NCBI GenBank assembly: GCA_020849425.1
Contig: JADLGH010000007.1
Coordinates: forward strand, 2,732-66,731
Length of the DNA stretch: 64,000 bases
Source of the DNA: Candidatus Dadabacteria bacterium
GTDB taxonomy: Bacteria; Desulfobacterota_D; UBA1144; Nemesobacterales; UBA2774
Direction: 5' to 3'
Shown piece after piece: positions 48,078 to 57,801 of this stretch. Numbering within the stretch: position 1 is the first letter of the stretch; the number at the start of each line of letters is the position of its first letter. The notes below the pieces were generated by a model, which saw only the letters and a list, made by a program, of their open reading frames with translations, was not told the DNA's origin and searched no databases. Both the position numbers and the translations under genes were made by a program.

Positions 48078-50015
48078 CTATCCCCCGCGCCTTATTCCGA
48101 GGGTCTTTATCCGCGAGCCGAGAGTGGTCGAAGGCACCCCGAGAAGCCTAGCGGCCCCCTTTTCGCCCGAAACGCGCCAGCCCGATTTTTCGAGCGCCGC
48201 GACTATGTTGCTCCTTTCGAGGTCGAGGAGCTCCTTGTGTGTGAGTATACGTTTATCTCCGGAGGCCTCGGGGGCTGGGGCCGTCCGGGTAGTCCTTATA
48301 GAACCCGCCGGGAGCGCGCTGTCCAGGTTGAGCTCACCCGCTCGGGAGGTAATCACGGCGCGCTCCATCACGTTCTGAAGCTCGCGCACGTTGCCGGGCC
48401 AGCCGTATGCCGCGAGCCTCTCTATCTGCTCCCCGGTAAGGGGCTTCACGGTCACCCCGATCTTGCGCGCAAACCTCTCCGAAAAGATGGCGGCGAGTGT
48501 TATTACGTCCCTGCCCCGCTCCCTGAGCGGAGGTATATCGAGCGGAAACACGCTCAGCCTGTAGTAGAGGTCTTCACGGAATTTCCCCTCCTTCACCATA
48601 CGCATGAGGTCCCTGTTCGTGGCCGCTATAACGCGCACATCCACCCTCCGGGTCTCGGAGCTCCCGACAGGCTCGAATTCGCCTTCCTGGAGCACGCGGA
48701 GGAGCTTTGACTGGAGGTCGAGCTGGAGCTCACCTATCTCGTCGAGGAAAATGGTCCCGCCGTCAGCGAGCGAGAACCTGCCCTCTCTCTTCCCGGTGGC
48801 GCCCGTGAACGCACCCTTCTCGTGCCCGAAGAATTCGCTCTCTATAAGCCCGCCCGGGATTGCCGCGCAGTTGACCCTTATGAGCGGCGAGTCGTTTCTC
48901 AAACTCTCGGCGTGCACGGCCCTGGCTATGAGCTCCTTGCCCGTCCCGGTCTCGCCCGTCACCAGCACCGTCGCGTCCGTCCTTGCCACCCTCGCTATAT
49001 CGTTTATAACCCCGCTCAAGGCGGGGGAGCTGCCCGCGATCTCGCCGAAGTTTCTGAGCGAGTTAATTTCCTCGTTAAGATAATCGGCCTTCTCGGAGAG
49101 GGCTTTTATACGCCTTTCGGCTTCGAGCCTTTCCTCTATATTCCGGAGAATCACGGTGTAGTACCTTTTCTTCTTCATCTCGAACTGTGAAACCGTGGCT
49201 TCGGCCGTGAAAACGCTCCCGTCCGAGCGCCTGGCCGACAGCCCTCCCGCGACCCATAGAAACCGCCGTCCCTCCGGGAGCGCGGCGAGCTCGGAAATAA
49301 TTCCCTTCAGCCTGGCCGCGCTTTCTCCGGAGAGAAAGTCGAGGAAGCTCTTTCGCCTGCACTCAGGTATCCCGGTCCTGAACACACCCTCGGCGGCAGG
49401 GTTTAACATGCTGACTTCGAGCATGTTGTCGAGCTCGATGATGGCGTCCATAGCGCTGTCCACGAGGCGTGTCAGCTTTTCCTCCCTCTCGCGTACGCCT
49501 GTCTCGGCGCGGAGCCTCCGGAGCTCGGCCGAAGCGCGAGCCGCGAATATCCTGAAAATCGCTTCGACGCGGGATTCCTCGGGCATGGGTTTTGAATCGA
49601 GGACGGCCAGGTGACCGAGCACGTTCCCAGCAGGGTCGAGAAGGGGTATGCCCATGTAGCTCACGGCACCCATCGGGCCGAGGTCCGGGTCGTCGGGGTA
49701 GAGATCGACCACATTGTCTTCGACGCGGAAGATGGTCTTTTTCTCCACTACGAGCTCGCACGGGGTGCCGGATATACGGTATTCGTATTCGTCCACCCAG
49801 CCGTCGTCCAGGCGGAAGGCAAGAGAGCTCAGGCGCCCGGCCTCGGGCAGATACTCCGTCACCCACGCGCCCCTCGTGCCGAGCACGGCGGCAAGATTCC
49901 CGACAAGCGCCTTGAAGAACCCCTCGCCCGTCTCGGCGGCTGTGCCTTCCACTATGAGCCTGAGGGCCCTTTCTTCGTCCATAGTCTGCCGACCGGGCTC
50001 GAGATTTCGGCGCAT
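48078..50015 (-). CDS. sigma-54-dependent transcriptional activator with GAF and PAS domains (paralog of 28841-30793)
   Basis: Same architecture and about 55-60% identity by eye to the other activator ([29 protein letters not shown]-terminal HTH). Confidence 0.85.
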   Translation of the reverse strand: MRRNLEPGRQTMDEERALRLIVEGTAAETGEGFFKALVGNLAAVLGTRGAWVTEYLPEAGRLSSLAFRLDDGWVDEYEYRISGTPCELVVEKKTIFRVEDNVVDLYPDDPDLGPMGAVSYMGIPLLDPAGNVLGHLAVLDSKPMPEESRVEAIFRIFAARASAELRRLRAETGVREREEKLTRLVDSAMDAIIELDNMLEVSMLNPAAEGVFRTGIPECRRKSFLDFLSGESAARLKGIISELAALPEGRRFLWVAGGLSARRSDGSVFTAEATVSQFEMKKKRYYTVILRNIEERLEAERRIKALSEKADYLNEEINSLRNFGEIAGSSPALSGVINDIARVARTDATVLVTGETGTGKELIARAVHAESLRNDSPLIRVNCAAIPGGLIESEFFGHEKGAFTGATGKREGRFSLADGGTIFLDEIGELQLDLQSKLLRVLQEGEFEPVGSSETRRVDVRVIAATNRDLMRMVKEGKFREDLYYRLSVFPLDIPPLRERGRDVITLAAIFSERFARKIGVTVKPLTGEQIERLAAYGWPGNVRELQNVMERAVITSRAGELNLDSALPAGSIRTTRTAPAPEASGDKRILTHKELLDLERSNIVAALEKSGWRVSGEKGAARLLGVPSTTLGSRIKTLGIRRGG

Positions 50016-50312
50016 TCGTCTACCCCGTTTCTGAATTTATACAGAGCTCACAAAGGCCCACGCGAATATAATAAAAGCAACCGTATATCATTTCAAAGGA
50101 GGGATTTAACTGTAAGAGGAGTGTCCGGGCGAAACGATCAGGGCGAGTGGTAAGCGCACCCTCACAAAACAGGCATCCATGAGAAGCCCGGGTGCATCTT
50201 ATCTCACGAGGGAAGGCCCCCGCTGTTGAATAATCCGGTTTTCCCGGAAACTATATTTTTAATATCGATGCCGCACGGGCCGCGCACATAACCATATGCC
50301 GAGGTAATCCCC

Positions 50313-51287
50313 ATGACGACCGATCCTATTCAAAGAGCGGAGCAGAAACCGGCCGAGCCCGAGCATATCTCCATACGTACCGCCGACGGCTTCACTATAA
50401 ACGGCTCCATGTGGCGGAGCCCCGGGCCCGATTCCCGGGACAGGCCCGTCGTCATAATAAACGCGGCGAACTCGGTCAGGTGCAGATACTATTCCCGCTT
50501 CGCCTCGTTCCTCTACAGGAACGGCTTTGACGTGATCACTTACGATTACCGCGGCATAGGCGCGTCGCGGCCGCCCAGCTTTAAAGGGTTCGACGCCGGG
50601 TGGATAGACTGGGGCGAGCTCGATTTCGACGCCGTCATCAGGTTCGCACTCGAGACGTTCCCCGGCCGGCCGATAGATGTCGCGGCACACAGCGTAGGCG
50701 GGTTCCTCGTCGGCTTTGCAGAATCGAGCTGTCTCATCCGGAGGATCTTCACCATGGGGGCGCAGTACGCCTACTGGCGGGACTACGCACCCGGCAAGAG
50801 GGCGGGGATGTTCGCCAAATGGCACATCGCCATGCCGCTCGCGACGCTCCTCCTCGGCTACTTCCCCGGAAAGCGTCTCGGGTGGCTTGAAGATACGCCG
50901 GGAAGGGTCGCGAGAGACTGGGCCCGCAGCCGGCCGCGTTTCGAAGATGTCCCCGGCGGGAGCTGGGCGGTGCGCTATCCGGACAAACGAGTATTCCTCG
51001 ACAGGTTTGAAGCGGTTACGGCCCCTACCCTCGCAGTGAGCGTCACGGACGACGAGTTCGGCACCATACCGGCCGTCGAGCGCCTGCTCTCGTATTACAC
51101 CGGGAGCGCACGGATACACTTAAGGATCCCGCCCGAGTCCATAGGTGAGGATTCGATAGGGCATTTCCCGTTTTTCAACGGCAAGTTCGAAGAGAAGCTC
51201 TGGCGCATTCCTCTCGAATGGCTGAGGTCCGGAAAGATTGCGGAGGACTGGCCCGGCGAGATTATAACGCCCGAAGGCCGCGGCTGA
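50313..51287 (+). CDS. alpha/beta hydrolase fold protein (Ser nucleophile AHSVGG)
   Basis: HSVGG nucleophile elbow. Length ~320 aa. Confidence 0.6.
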   Translation: MTTDPIQRAEQKPAEPEHISIRTADGFTINGSMWRSPGPDSRDRPVVIINAANSVRCRYYSRFASFLYRNGFDVITYDYRGIGASRPPSFKGFDAGWIDWGELDFDAVIRFALETFPGRPIDVAAHSVGGFLVGFAESSCLIRRIFTMGAQYAYWRDYAPGKRAGMFAKWHIAMPLATLLLGYFPGKRLGWLEDTPGRVARDWARSRPRFEDVPGGSWAVRYPDKRVFLDRFEAVTAPTLAVSVTDDEFGTIPAVERLLSYYTGSARIHLRIPPESIGEDSIGHFPFFNGKFEEKLWRIPLEWLRSGKIAEDWPGEIITPEGRG

Positions 51288-51398
51288 GCCGGATATATAC
51301 CAAGTGTAGAATTCAAGGAATCGGCGCGGGGCAGGGAAGTCATCCCGCCCCGCGTGGAAAGGTAATTTTCTCTAAATCGGCCGCCCTGCGGCTTGATA

Positions 51399-51887
51399 TC
51401 AGTGCCTCTGGCCGAGCTGGGAGTCGAGAAGAAGGATCGCCGAGCTGTTGTCCCCGGCGAATTTCAATCTGTCGAGGATCTCGGTCGCCGACTTTTCTTC
51501 CTCGACCTGCTCGTGTATGAACCACTGGAGCTCGACCGCCGTCGCATGGTCGTTCTCGCTTATGGCCTTCTCGTAGAGCTTGTTTATCATCCCCGTGACC
51601 TCTCTTTCGTGATCGAGGGCCTGCTGGAAAATATCCGTAAGCGATTTGAACTTCGACTGGGGCTTTTCGATCCCCTGGAGGACGACCTGCCCGTCCCTGT
51701 CGACGATGTAGTCGAAGAGCTTCATCGCATGCTGGATCTCTTCCTGGCTCTGCTTCCTCAGCCACTTGGCAAAGCCAGTGAGATTGAGCGATTCGCAGTG
51801 GGCCGCCATCGAGAGATAGGTAAAAGACGCGAAATATTCGTTTTTAATCTGATCGTTCAGGGCATCCTGAATTTCTTTACTCAGCAT
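51399..51887 (-). CDS. ferritin (non-heme, Ftn-like)
   Basis: Ferroxidase-site residues in EYFASFTYLSMAAHCE...EEIQHAMKLFDY...ALDHEREV. RBS GAGGAGG. Length 162 aa. Confidence 0.8.
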   Translation of the reverse strand: MLSKEIQDALNDQIKNEYFASFTYLSMAAHCESLNLTGFAKWLRKQSQEEIQHAMKLFDYIVDRDGQVVLQGIEKPQSKFKSLTDIFQQALDHEREVTGMINKLYEKAISENDHATAVELQWFIHEQVEEEKSATEILDRLKFAGDNSSAILLLDSQLGQRH

Positions 51888-52079
51888 AATAGCCTCCTCG
51901 TGTGATTAATGTGTCAGAGCGCCTTCCGGCCCCTGCCCTTGTCACTAAAATTATGTCACAAAATAGGACCAAATACAAGTTATTATCAGGCGGGAATTGT
52001 TACCAATTAGAATTTAGTTACAGAAACTCGCTCCGTATAAGCACCGCGGAAGCGGCAGTCTTGAATAAATATGCAGCAT

Positions 52080-52343
52080 TCAGCGCCATTTTCCGGCAAC
52101 GAGATAGTAAAAGCCCAGGAGCCCGCCGATCAGCCATATGATGATCCCGAGGCCGAGCTTTCCCTGGGCGCCGAAAGACTCGGGAAGGGAATAAGCCGCA
52201 AAAAGGGAGACCGGGGTCCAGAGAAGGAGGAACAGGATAATGGCGGTCAACCGAGCTTCCGCCTTCCATTTTGGGTCATTTCCAATAATAATACTCGCAA
52301 AACCGGGACGAGGGGACACGACTGTCCGCCCGAAGAATCTCAA
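52080..52343 (-). CDS. possible small two-TM membrane protein (uncertain; may start at an internal TTG/ATG)
   Basis: Hydrophobic segments IILFLLLWTPVSLFAAY and LGLGIIIWLIGGLLGFYYLV. It fills the 460-bp gap between the ferritin and MFS genes. No homology is recognised. Confidence 0.25.
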   Translation of the reverse strand: MRFFGRTVVSPRPGFASIIIGNDPKWKAEARLTAIILFLLLWTPVSLFAAYSLPESFGAQGKLGLGIIIWLIGGLLGFYYLVAGKWR

Positions 52344-52348
52344 GAGAA

Positions 52349-53653
52349 ATGACCGAAACCGACGCGAAGGGCAAGAATAGGGAAACCCTCAGCTGGTGCA
52401 TGTACGACTGGGCGTATTCCGCCTTCGCCACCGTCGTCATCTCCGCCGTCCTGCCCGTCTACTACAGCCAGGTCGCGGCCTCTAACCTCGAAAGCAACAT
52501 AGCGACCGCATATTGGGGATACACAACCGTCATCACACTTTTCATAGCCGCGGTACTCTCCCCTGTCGTGGGCGCAATCGCCGATTACTCCGGCATGAAA
52601 AAGCGCCTTCTCCTCCTGTTCGCCGCTCTCGGAATATTCTCGACAGCCCTTCTTTACTTCGTAAAAACCGGGGACTGGCTATTGGCTTCTCTCTTTTTCA
52701 TTTTCGGGAACATAGGCTTTACGGTCTCCGAGGTCTTCTACAACTCGATGCTCCCCTACGTGGCCAGGCCGGGAGAGATGGACCGGGTGTCCATAAAGGG
52801 ATACATATTCGGCTACACCGGCGGCGGCATTCTTCTGGCCGTAGACATAGCCATGATAGAGCTCATGTCGGACAAGCTCCTTGCGACGAGGCTCTCGTTT
52901 CTCACCGTATCTCTCTGGTGGGCCGTCTTTACGATCCCGCTTATTCTCAACGTGAAGGAGCCCCCGGGCGGGACCGGGGGCGCCCGCGGCGTAAACCCCC
53001 TGACGGCAGGATTTAAAAGGCTTTCAGGGACCTTCAGAGAGCTCAGGAAGTACAGGGAGCTCGCCCTCTTCCTGGCCGCCTTCTGGGTCTATAACGACGG
53101 CATCGGGACCATAATAAAGATGGCGACCATTTACGGCGCCGAGATAGGCATAAGCCAGACGGCGCTCATAGGGGCCCTCCTCATGACACAGTTCGTCGGC
53201 ATACCGTTCTCCTTCGCCTTCGGGCGTCTCGCGGGCATAATCGGCCCGAAGAACTCGATCCTCCTCGGGCTCTCGGTGTACACGGTGATTTCCATAGGCG
53301 GATACTTCATGGAGAACGCCGTTCACTTCTGGATACTCGCGTTCCTCGTGGGGACGGTGCAGGGAGGCACACAGGCGCTCAGCCGCTCGATGTTCGGCTC
53401 GATGCTGCCCAGGGACAAGACGGCCGAGTTCTTCGGATTTTACGGTATGAGCTCCAAGTTTGCGGGCATCGTCGGGCCGCTCGTCTTCGCCGTCGTCTCG
53501 CAGACCACGGGCTCGAGCCGCCTTAGCATTTTCTCGCTGATCGCCTTCTTCGTCATAGGGGCCGCCATGCTCTCGCAGGTCGACGTCGAAAAGGGTATAA
53601 GGGCAGCCGGGGAAGGGAATGTATCCACAGACCCGGGCGCCCCGGGGGCGTAA
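52349..53653 (+). CDS. MFS transporter, UMF1/Atg22-like family
   Basis: LSWCMYDWAYSAFATVV N-terminal signature and about 12 TM helices. Confidence 0.65.
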   Translation: MTETDAKGKNRETLSWCMYDWAYSAFATVVISAVLPVYYSQVAASNLESNIATAYWGYTTVITLFIAAVLSPVVGAIADYSGMKKRLLLLFAALGIFSTALLYFVKTGDWLLASLFFIFGNIGFTVSEVFYNSMLPYVARPGEMDRVSIKGYIFGYTGGGILLAVDIAMIELMSDKLLATRLSFLTVSLWWAVFTIPLILNVKEPPGGTGGARGVNPLTAGFKRLSGTFRELRKYRELALFLAAFWVYNDGIGTIIKMATIYGAEIGISQTALIGALLMTQFVGIPFSFAFGRLAGIIGPKNSILLGLSVYTVISIGGYFMENAVHFWILAFLVGTVQGGTQALSRSMFGSMLPRDKTAEFFGFYGMSSKFAGIVGPLVFAVVSQTTGSSRLSIFSLIAFFVIGAAMLSQVDVEKGIRAAGEGNVSTDPGAPGA

Positions 53654-53987
53654 AGATATCCACAGACAGGAACGGGCGCGGAAATTCTCTTTTCTTCCGG
53701 CCTCTTGCGCCCGTGGTGCATATAATACACACAGGAAAACTACACGCAGACGCCCGCCCGCCGCCGTATGGTGTAAATACATATATCGATTTAGCATTTT
53801 TCTGTAACCTACCGTGATAACTGGATAAAAAAAATAAACTTGACAATGTCTTTCGGCATCTGTTAGGATGTAGCGTACGGATTAGGGTGGGGCTTAATTC
53901 ACACACAAACCAGCACTACGATTTGTCCACAGGCTGGTGATGGATTGTGGATAGATTGCCTTTTTCAAGACGGAGGAACGATAGCAA
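53654..53987. other. putative oriC segment upstream of dnaA (AT-rich DUE-like stretch plus DnaA-box-like 9-mers)
   Basis: AT-rich tgataactggataaaaaaaataaacttgacaatg. TTGTCCACA at 53916-53924 and TGTGGATAG at 53945-53953, each one mismatch from TTATCCACA. Confidence 0.5.
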
Positions 53988-55493
53988 TTGGCCACTAAGC
54001 GTACGCCCCTTAAACATAATCTGAGAACGATCTTCAACAGACAAAAAGACGACGGTAAAGGGCTTGAGCAGTTCATGAGCAAGTCCATACGCCCGGGGAA
54101 ATCCCACCAGAAGACGGCGGCCGAAACCGCCGGCCAGGATACGTGGGAAAGCGTCCTCGAAAGGATAAAAAAGAAATCGAACCCGCAGGTGTTCTTCTGG
54201 TTCGCGCCGCTTAAGCCGGTCGCCGAAACCGAGAGCTCGATAACCCTCGCCGCCGGAAGCGAATTCGACAGGGACTGGATAAACAACCACTACCTCGATT
54301 TCATAAGCGATACGATAAACGAGGTGTGCGGAAAGCGGCTCGAAGTTTCCGTAGTAGCCGATCACGAGAGGGCGCAGGCAGCCCACGAAAAGAAGGAGAG
54401 GGACGAGCACAGGGAAAAGTCGGAGAAGGAAACAAAGGCCTCTAAGCTCTTCACCGGCGTCCTCAACCTGAATTACACCTTCGACAGGTTTATAGTAGGG
54501 CCGAGTAACCAGTTCGCCCACGCTGCGTCTACGGCAGTCGCGAGGAAGCCCGGAGAGGCGTATAACCCCCTCTTCATATACGGCGGCGTCGGGCTTGGAA
54601 AGACGCACCTTATAAACGCGATAGGGAATCACATAATTAAATCCACTTCCAACATGGCGCGCGTGTGCTGCATCTCGGCGGAGCACTTTACGAATCAGGT
54701 CATAAACAGCATCAAGTCGAACAAGATGGAAGAGTTCAGGAACCGCTACAGGTTCGGCTGCGACGTTTTGCTCATAGACGACATACAGTTCATCGCCGGA
54801 AAGGAGAGCACGCAGGAGGAATTCTTCCACACGTTCAACACGCTCTACGAATCTAAAAAGCAGATAGTCCTTTCGAGCGACAAGTCGCCCAAGGACATGT
54901 CCTATCTCGAGGAGAGGCTCCGCTCCCGGTTCGAATGGGGACTCATCACCGACATACAGCCGCCCGAGACCGAAACACGTATAGCGATTATAAAAAACAA
55001 GGCCGAATCGGAGGGGACGGCGCTTCCTAACGAGGTCGCCCTTTATCTGGCGCAGAACACGACTTCCAACATACGCGAGCTCGAAGGGACTCTCACGAAC
55101 ATAATGGCCCACGCGAAGCTCCTTAACACAGAGATATCGCTCGACCTCGCAAAGGATGTCCTCAAGAACATCCTAAAGCAGCACGATAGAAAGTTCCTCA
55201 GCATAGAGAGCATACAAAAGGAAGTGGCCGGCTACCACGGCCTCAGGGTGCAGGACTTAAAATCCGCGAAGAAGCAGAAGAACATCTCGGCCCCGAGGCA
55301 GATAGCCATGTACCTCGCCAGGAGATACACTGGGGCTTCCTATCCCGAGATAGGGGAGAAGTTCGGCGGAAAGGACCACTCGACCGTAATACACGCCGTC
55401 AAGAAAATCGAAAGCACCCTCGGAAAAGACCCCGCGCTCGAAAACGCGGTGAAGGCGCTTTGCAGAAGAATAGAGGGCCTTACCGGCGGATAG
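53988..55493 (+). CDS. dnaA: chromosomal replication initiator protein DnaA
   Basis: AAA+ Walker A GGVGLGKTHL, a DnaA domain IV HTH (HSTVIHAVKKIE) and the N-terminal ...VFFWFAPLKPV. The start is either TTG 53988 or ATG 54075. Confidence 0.9.
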   Translation: MATKRTPLKHNLRTIFNRQKDDGKGLEQFMSKSIRPGKSHQKTAAETAGQDTWESVLERIKKKSNPQVFFWFAPLKPVAETESSITLAAGSEFDRDWINNHYLDFISDTINEVCGKRLEVSVVADHERAQAAHEKKERDEHREKSEKETKASKLFTGVLNLNYTFDRFIVGPSNQFAHAASTAVARKPGEAYNPLFIYGGVGLGKTHLINAIGNHIIKSTSNMARVCCISAEHFTNQVINSIKSNKMEEFRNRYRFGCDVLLIDDIQFIAGKESTQEEFFHTFNTLYESKKQIVLSSDKSPKDMSYLEERLRSRFEWGLITDIQPPETETRIAIIKNKAESEGTALPNEVALYLAQNTTSNIRELEGTLTNIMAHAKLLNTEISLDLAKDVLKNILKQHDRKFLSIESIQKEVAGYHGLRVQDLKSAKKQKNISAPRQIAMYLARRYTGASYPEIGEKFGGKDHSTVIHAVKKIESTLGKDPALENAVKALCRRIEGLTGG

Positions 55494-55723
55494 GCTGTGG
55501 AAAGGCCTGTGAATGAAATTGTGGATAAAAAGCCGGTTTTACGTTTTTACCCCGTTCCTGTGGATGAATGTTGATAACCCGTTTTTTAATCAACAGGGTT
55601 ACGAACACTGAAAATATTGTGTTTCGAGCCGGATAGGATACATTTTCACATTCCCACAGGGCCTACTGTTACTACTTCTATGAAGTAATGGTAATTTGTT
55701 AAAAAACAGCAGGAGTAGAGAAT
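55494..55723. other. dnaA-dnaN intergenic DnaA-box cluster (second oriC component)
   Basis: TGTGGATAA at 55526-55534 is a perfect complement of TTATCCACA. TGTGGATGA at 55560-55568 and TGTGGAAAG near 55496 are close variants. Confidence 0.5.
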
Positions 55724-56824
55724 ATGAAATTCAAGACTCGGGTAGAAGATTTCGCAGTAAAGCTCGGTCTCGTCCAGGGCATTTCAGAGAGACGGGCTAC
55801 CATGCCTGTACTGTCACACGTTTTGCTTAACGTCGCGAAAAACAGGATAGGGATTTCCGCGACCGACCTGGAAACGACAATGAGCACCTGGTCTACGGCC
55901 GAGGTTTTAAAGGAGGGTGCACTGGCAGTGCCCGCGAGGAAGCTCTACGAGATCGTAAAGGAGCTCGAAGGCGGGGACATCGAGGTCGAGGAGATAGGCA
56001 ACCACTGGATAGAGATAAAGACGTCTTCTGCGGTCTTCAAGATAGCGGGTCTTCCGAGCGACGATTTTCCGATAATCCCCGAGCTTCACTCGGATCACCT
56101 CTTTTCCGTCGAAAGCTCGCTTCTGGAGGAGATGGTTTCGAAGACCATATTCGCTGTTTCGCCCGACGAGCTCAGGCGCAATCTCGCCGGGATATATTTC
56201 GAGGAGGCGGGTAGCAAGAGCCTCCGGCTGGTGGCGACGGACGGGCACAGGCTTTCCCTCGTCGAAAAGAACATAGACAGCAGGGTTAAGTTCGAGAAGG
56301 GGTTCGTGGTTCCCAAGAAGGGCGTGGCCGAGCTGAGAAAGGTGCTCAAGCTTACGGATAAGGTTAGGATAGGCGTCGGGGACAGCTTCTTTATGGCCGA
56401 GGGAGAGGATATAGTCCTCGTGGCAAGGCTCATAGACGCGGACTTCCCGGACTATAAGCAGGTGACGCCCGAGGTGACGAAGGCTACGCTCACGATTAAG
56501 AAAGGGGAATTTCTGAGCGCCTTAAAGCGCGTGTCGATTCTCTCTTCCGAAAAGACCAGGAGCGTTAAGTTCGTAATAGACAAGGACGGGATGACTCTCA
56601 TATCGGTCTCCCCGGAGGTCGGCGAGGCGAAGGAAAGGGTAGCCGCCGAATATTCCGGCGAGCCTATGGAGCTCGGATTCAATTCGAGGTACCTCATGGA
56701 CGTCCTCGAGGTGGTGACAGAGGAGAGGGTTCAGATGGGCCTTATAGACGAGCTCAGCCCTGCAGTGCTGAGGCCCGAGGGTGAAGATGTGTACCTCTCC
56801 GTCATAATGCCGATGAGGGTCTGA
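55724..56824 (+). CDS. dnaN: DNA polymerase III beta sliding clamp
   Basis: 366 aa, three-domain clamp. N-terminus MKFKTRVEDFAVKLGLVQGISERRATMPVLSHVLL. RBS GGAGTAGAG. Confidence 0.9.
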   Translation: MKFKTRVEDFAVKLGLVQGISERRATMPVLSHVLLNVAKNRIGISATDLETTMSTWSTAEVLKEGALAVPARKLYEIVKELEGGDIEVEEIGNHWIEIKTSSAVFKIAGLPSDDFPIIPELHSDHLFSVESSLLEEMVSKTIFAVSPDELRRNLAGIYFEEAGSKSLRLVATDGHRLSLVEKNIDSRVKFEKGFVVPKKGVAELRKVLKLTDKVRIGVGDSFFMAEGEDIVLVARLIDADFPDYKQVTPEVTKATLTIKKGEFLSALKRVSILSSEKTRSVKFVIDKDGMTLISVSPEVGEAKERVAAEYSGEPMELGFNSRYLMDVLEVVTEERVQMGLIDELSPAVLRPEGEDVYLSVIMPMRV

Positions 56825-57003
56825 TAGGGCCTCCAGGCAGCGCCTGCCCCGGTCGAGGGATTGGGCATCTTCGTCTTAATGATGTCCCGGACACCGGGCT
56901 TTTGACACGCCTTTCGCGCGAGTCCGTCCGGTACTTACAGCCGCCAAAAATTTTGTGCAGGTCAACCCGGGTTCGCGGGCGGTATACTTTTAATGGTAGC
57001 CGA

Positions 57004-57735
57004 ATGCTAGACCTCGTCTTTCCCCAAACGTGTCCAGGGTGCGATTCCGCGATCGAAGATAACGAGAAGCTGTGCGGGGATTGTCTCTCCGGCATAACTT
57101 TTATAAGCGGCTTGTCCTCGTGCGCCCGCTGCGGGATCCCGTTCGGGTTTTATAAGAGTAAAAACGACTACGGGGATGGAGGGAAGAACGAGGGGCATCT
57201 ATGCGGGAGGTGCCTTACGGGGTCCCATAGTTTTTCGAAAGCCCGCTCCATAGCCTTATATGACGGTAAACTTGTAGACATAATCTACGGATTCAAGTAC
57301 AGGGGGAATCCCGGGCTCGGCGATTTTCTTTCCGGGCTCCTGGCAGGCGGCATGCCCTACGGCGCGGACGAGTTTGATGTAATCGTCCCGGTTCCGCTGC
57401 ACATAAACAAGCTCCGGTCGAGGGAATACAACCAGTCGGCCGTCCTTGCGAAGAATCTCTCGAAGAGCATCGGAGTGAAGCACGACCTTTTCGGTCTGAA
57501 GAAGACAAGGGATACGATGCCGCAGTTCGAGATTCAAAAGGAAGAGGCGAGGCGGAAGAATGTAAGGGGGGCGTTTTCGGTTACGGACCCGGACGCCTTT
57601 TCCGGGAAATCCGTTCTCGTCGTGGACGACGTTTTCACGACGGGCTCGACGACCGACGAATGCGCGCGGGCGCTTTTGAAGGCGGGCGCTTCGGAGGTGA
57701 GGGTTTTGACTGTGGCCAGGGCGAGGTGGGCATAA
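57004..57735 (+). CDS. comF: ComF-family protein (double zinc ribbon + phosphoribosyltransferase domain)
   Basis: N-terminal CPGC...CGDC...CARCG...CGRC zinc-ribbon cysteines. C-terminal PRT motif VLVVDDVFTTGST. Confidence 0.75.
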   Translation: MLDLVFPQTCPGCDSAIEDNEKLCGDCLSGITFISGLSSCARCGIPFGFYKSKNDYGDGGKNEGHLCGRCLTGSHSFSKARSIALYDGKLVDIIYGFKYRGNPGLGDFLSGLLAGGMPYGADEFDVIVPVPLHINKLRSREYNQSAVLAKNLSKSIGVKHDLFGLKKTRDTMPQFEIQKEEARRKNVRGAFSVTDPDAFSGKSVLVVDDVFTTGSTTDECARALLKAGASEVRVLTVARARWA

Positions 57736-57801
57736 ATTCATTTGACTTTAAGGGGGCCTTACTTTAAATTTAAAGCGGCAGATTAAGTAATTTACTTAAA
57801 C

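Noticed and set aside
51340-51398. GC-rich hairpin downstream of the ferritin gene as an intrinsic terminator
   Set aside because: The stem cgcggggc/gccccgcg is present but no T-tract follows on the transcribed strand, so it is not called.
53916-55112. 398-aa minus-strand ORF antisense to dnaA, and 53024-53797 antisense to the MFS gene
   Set aside because: They overlap highly conserved genes on the other strand and have no recognisable motifs.
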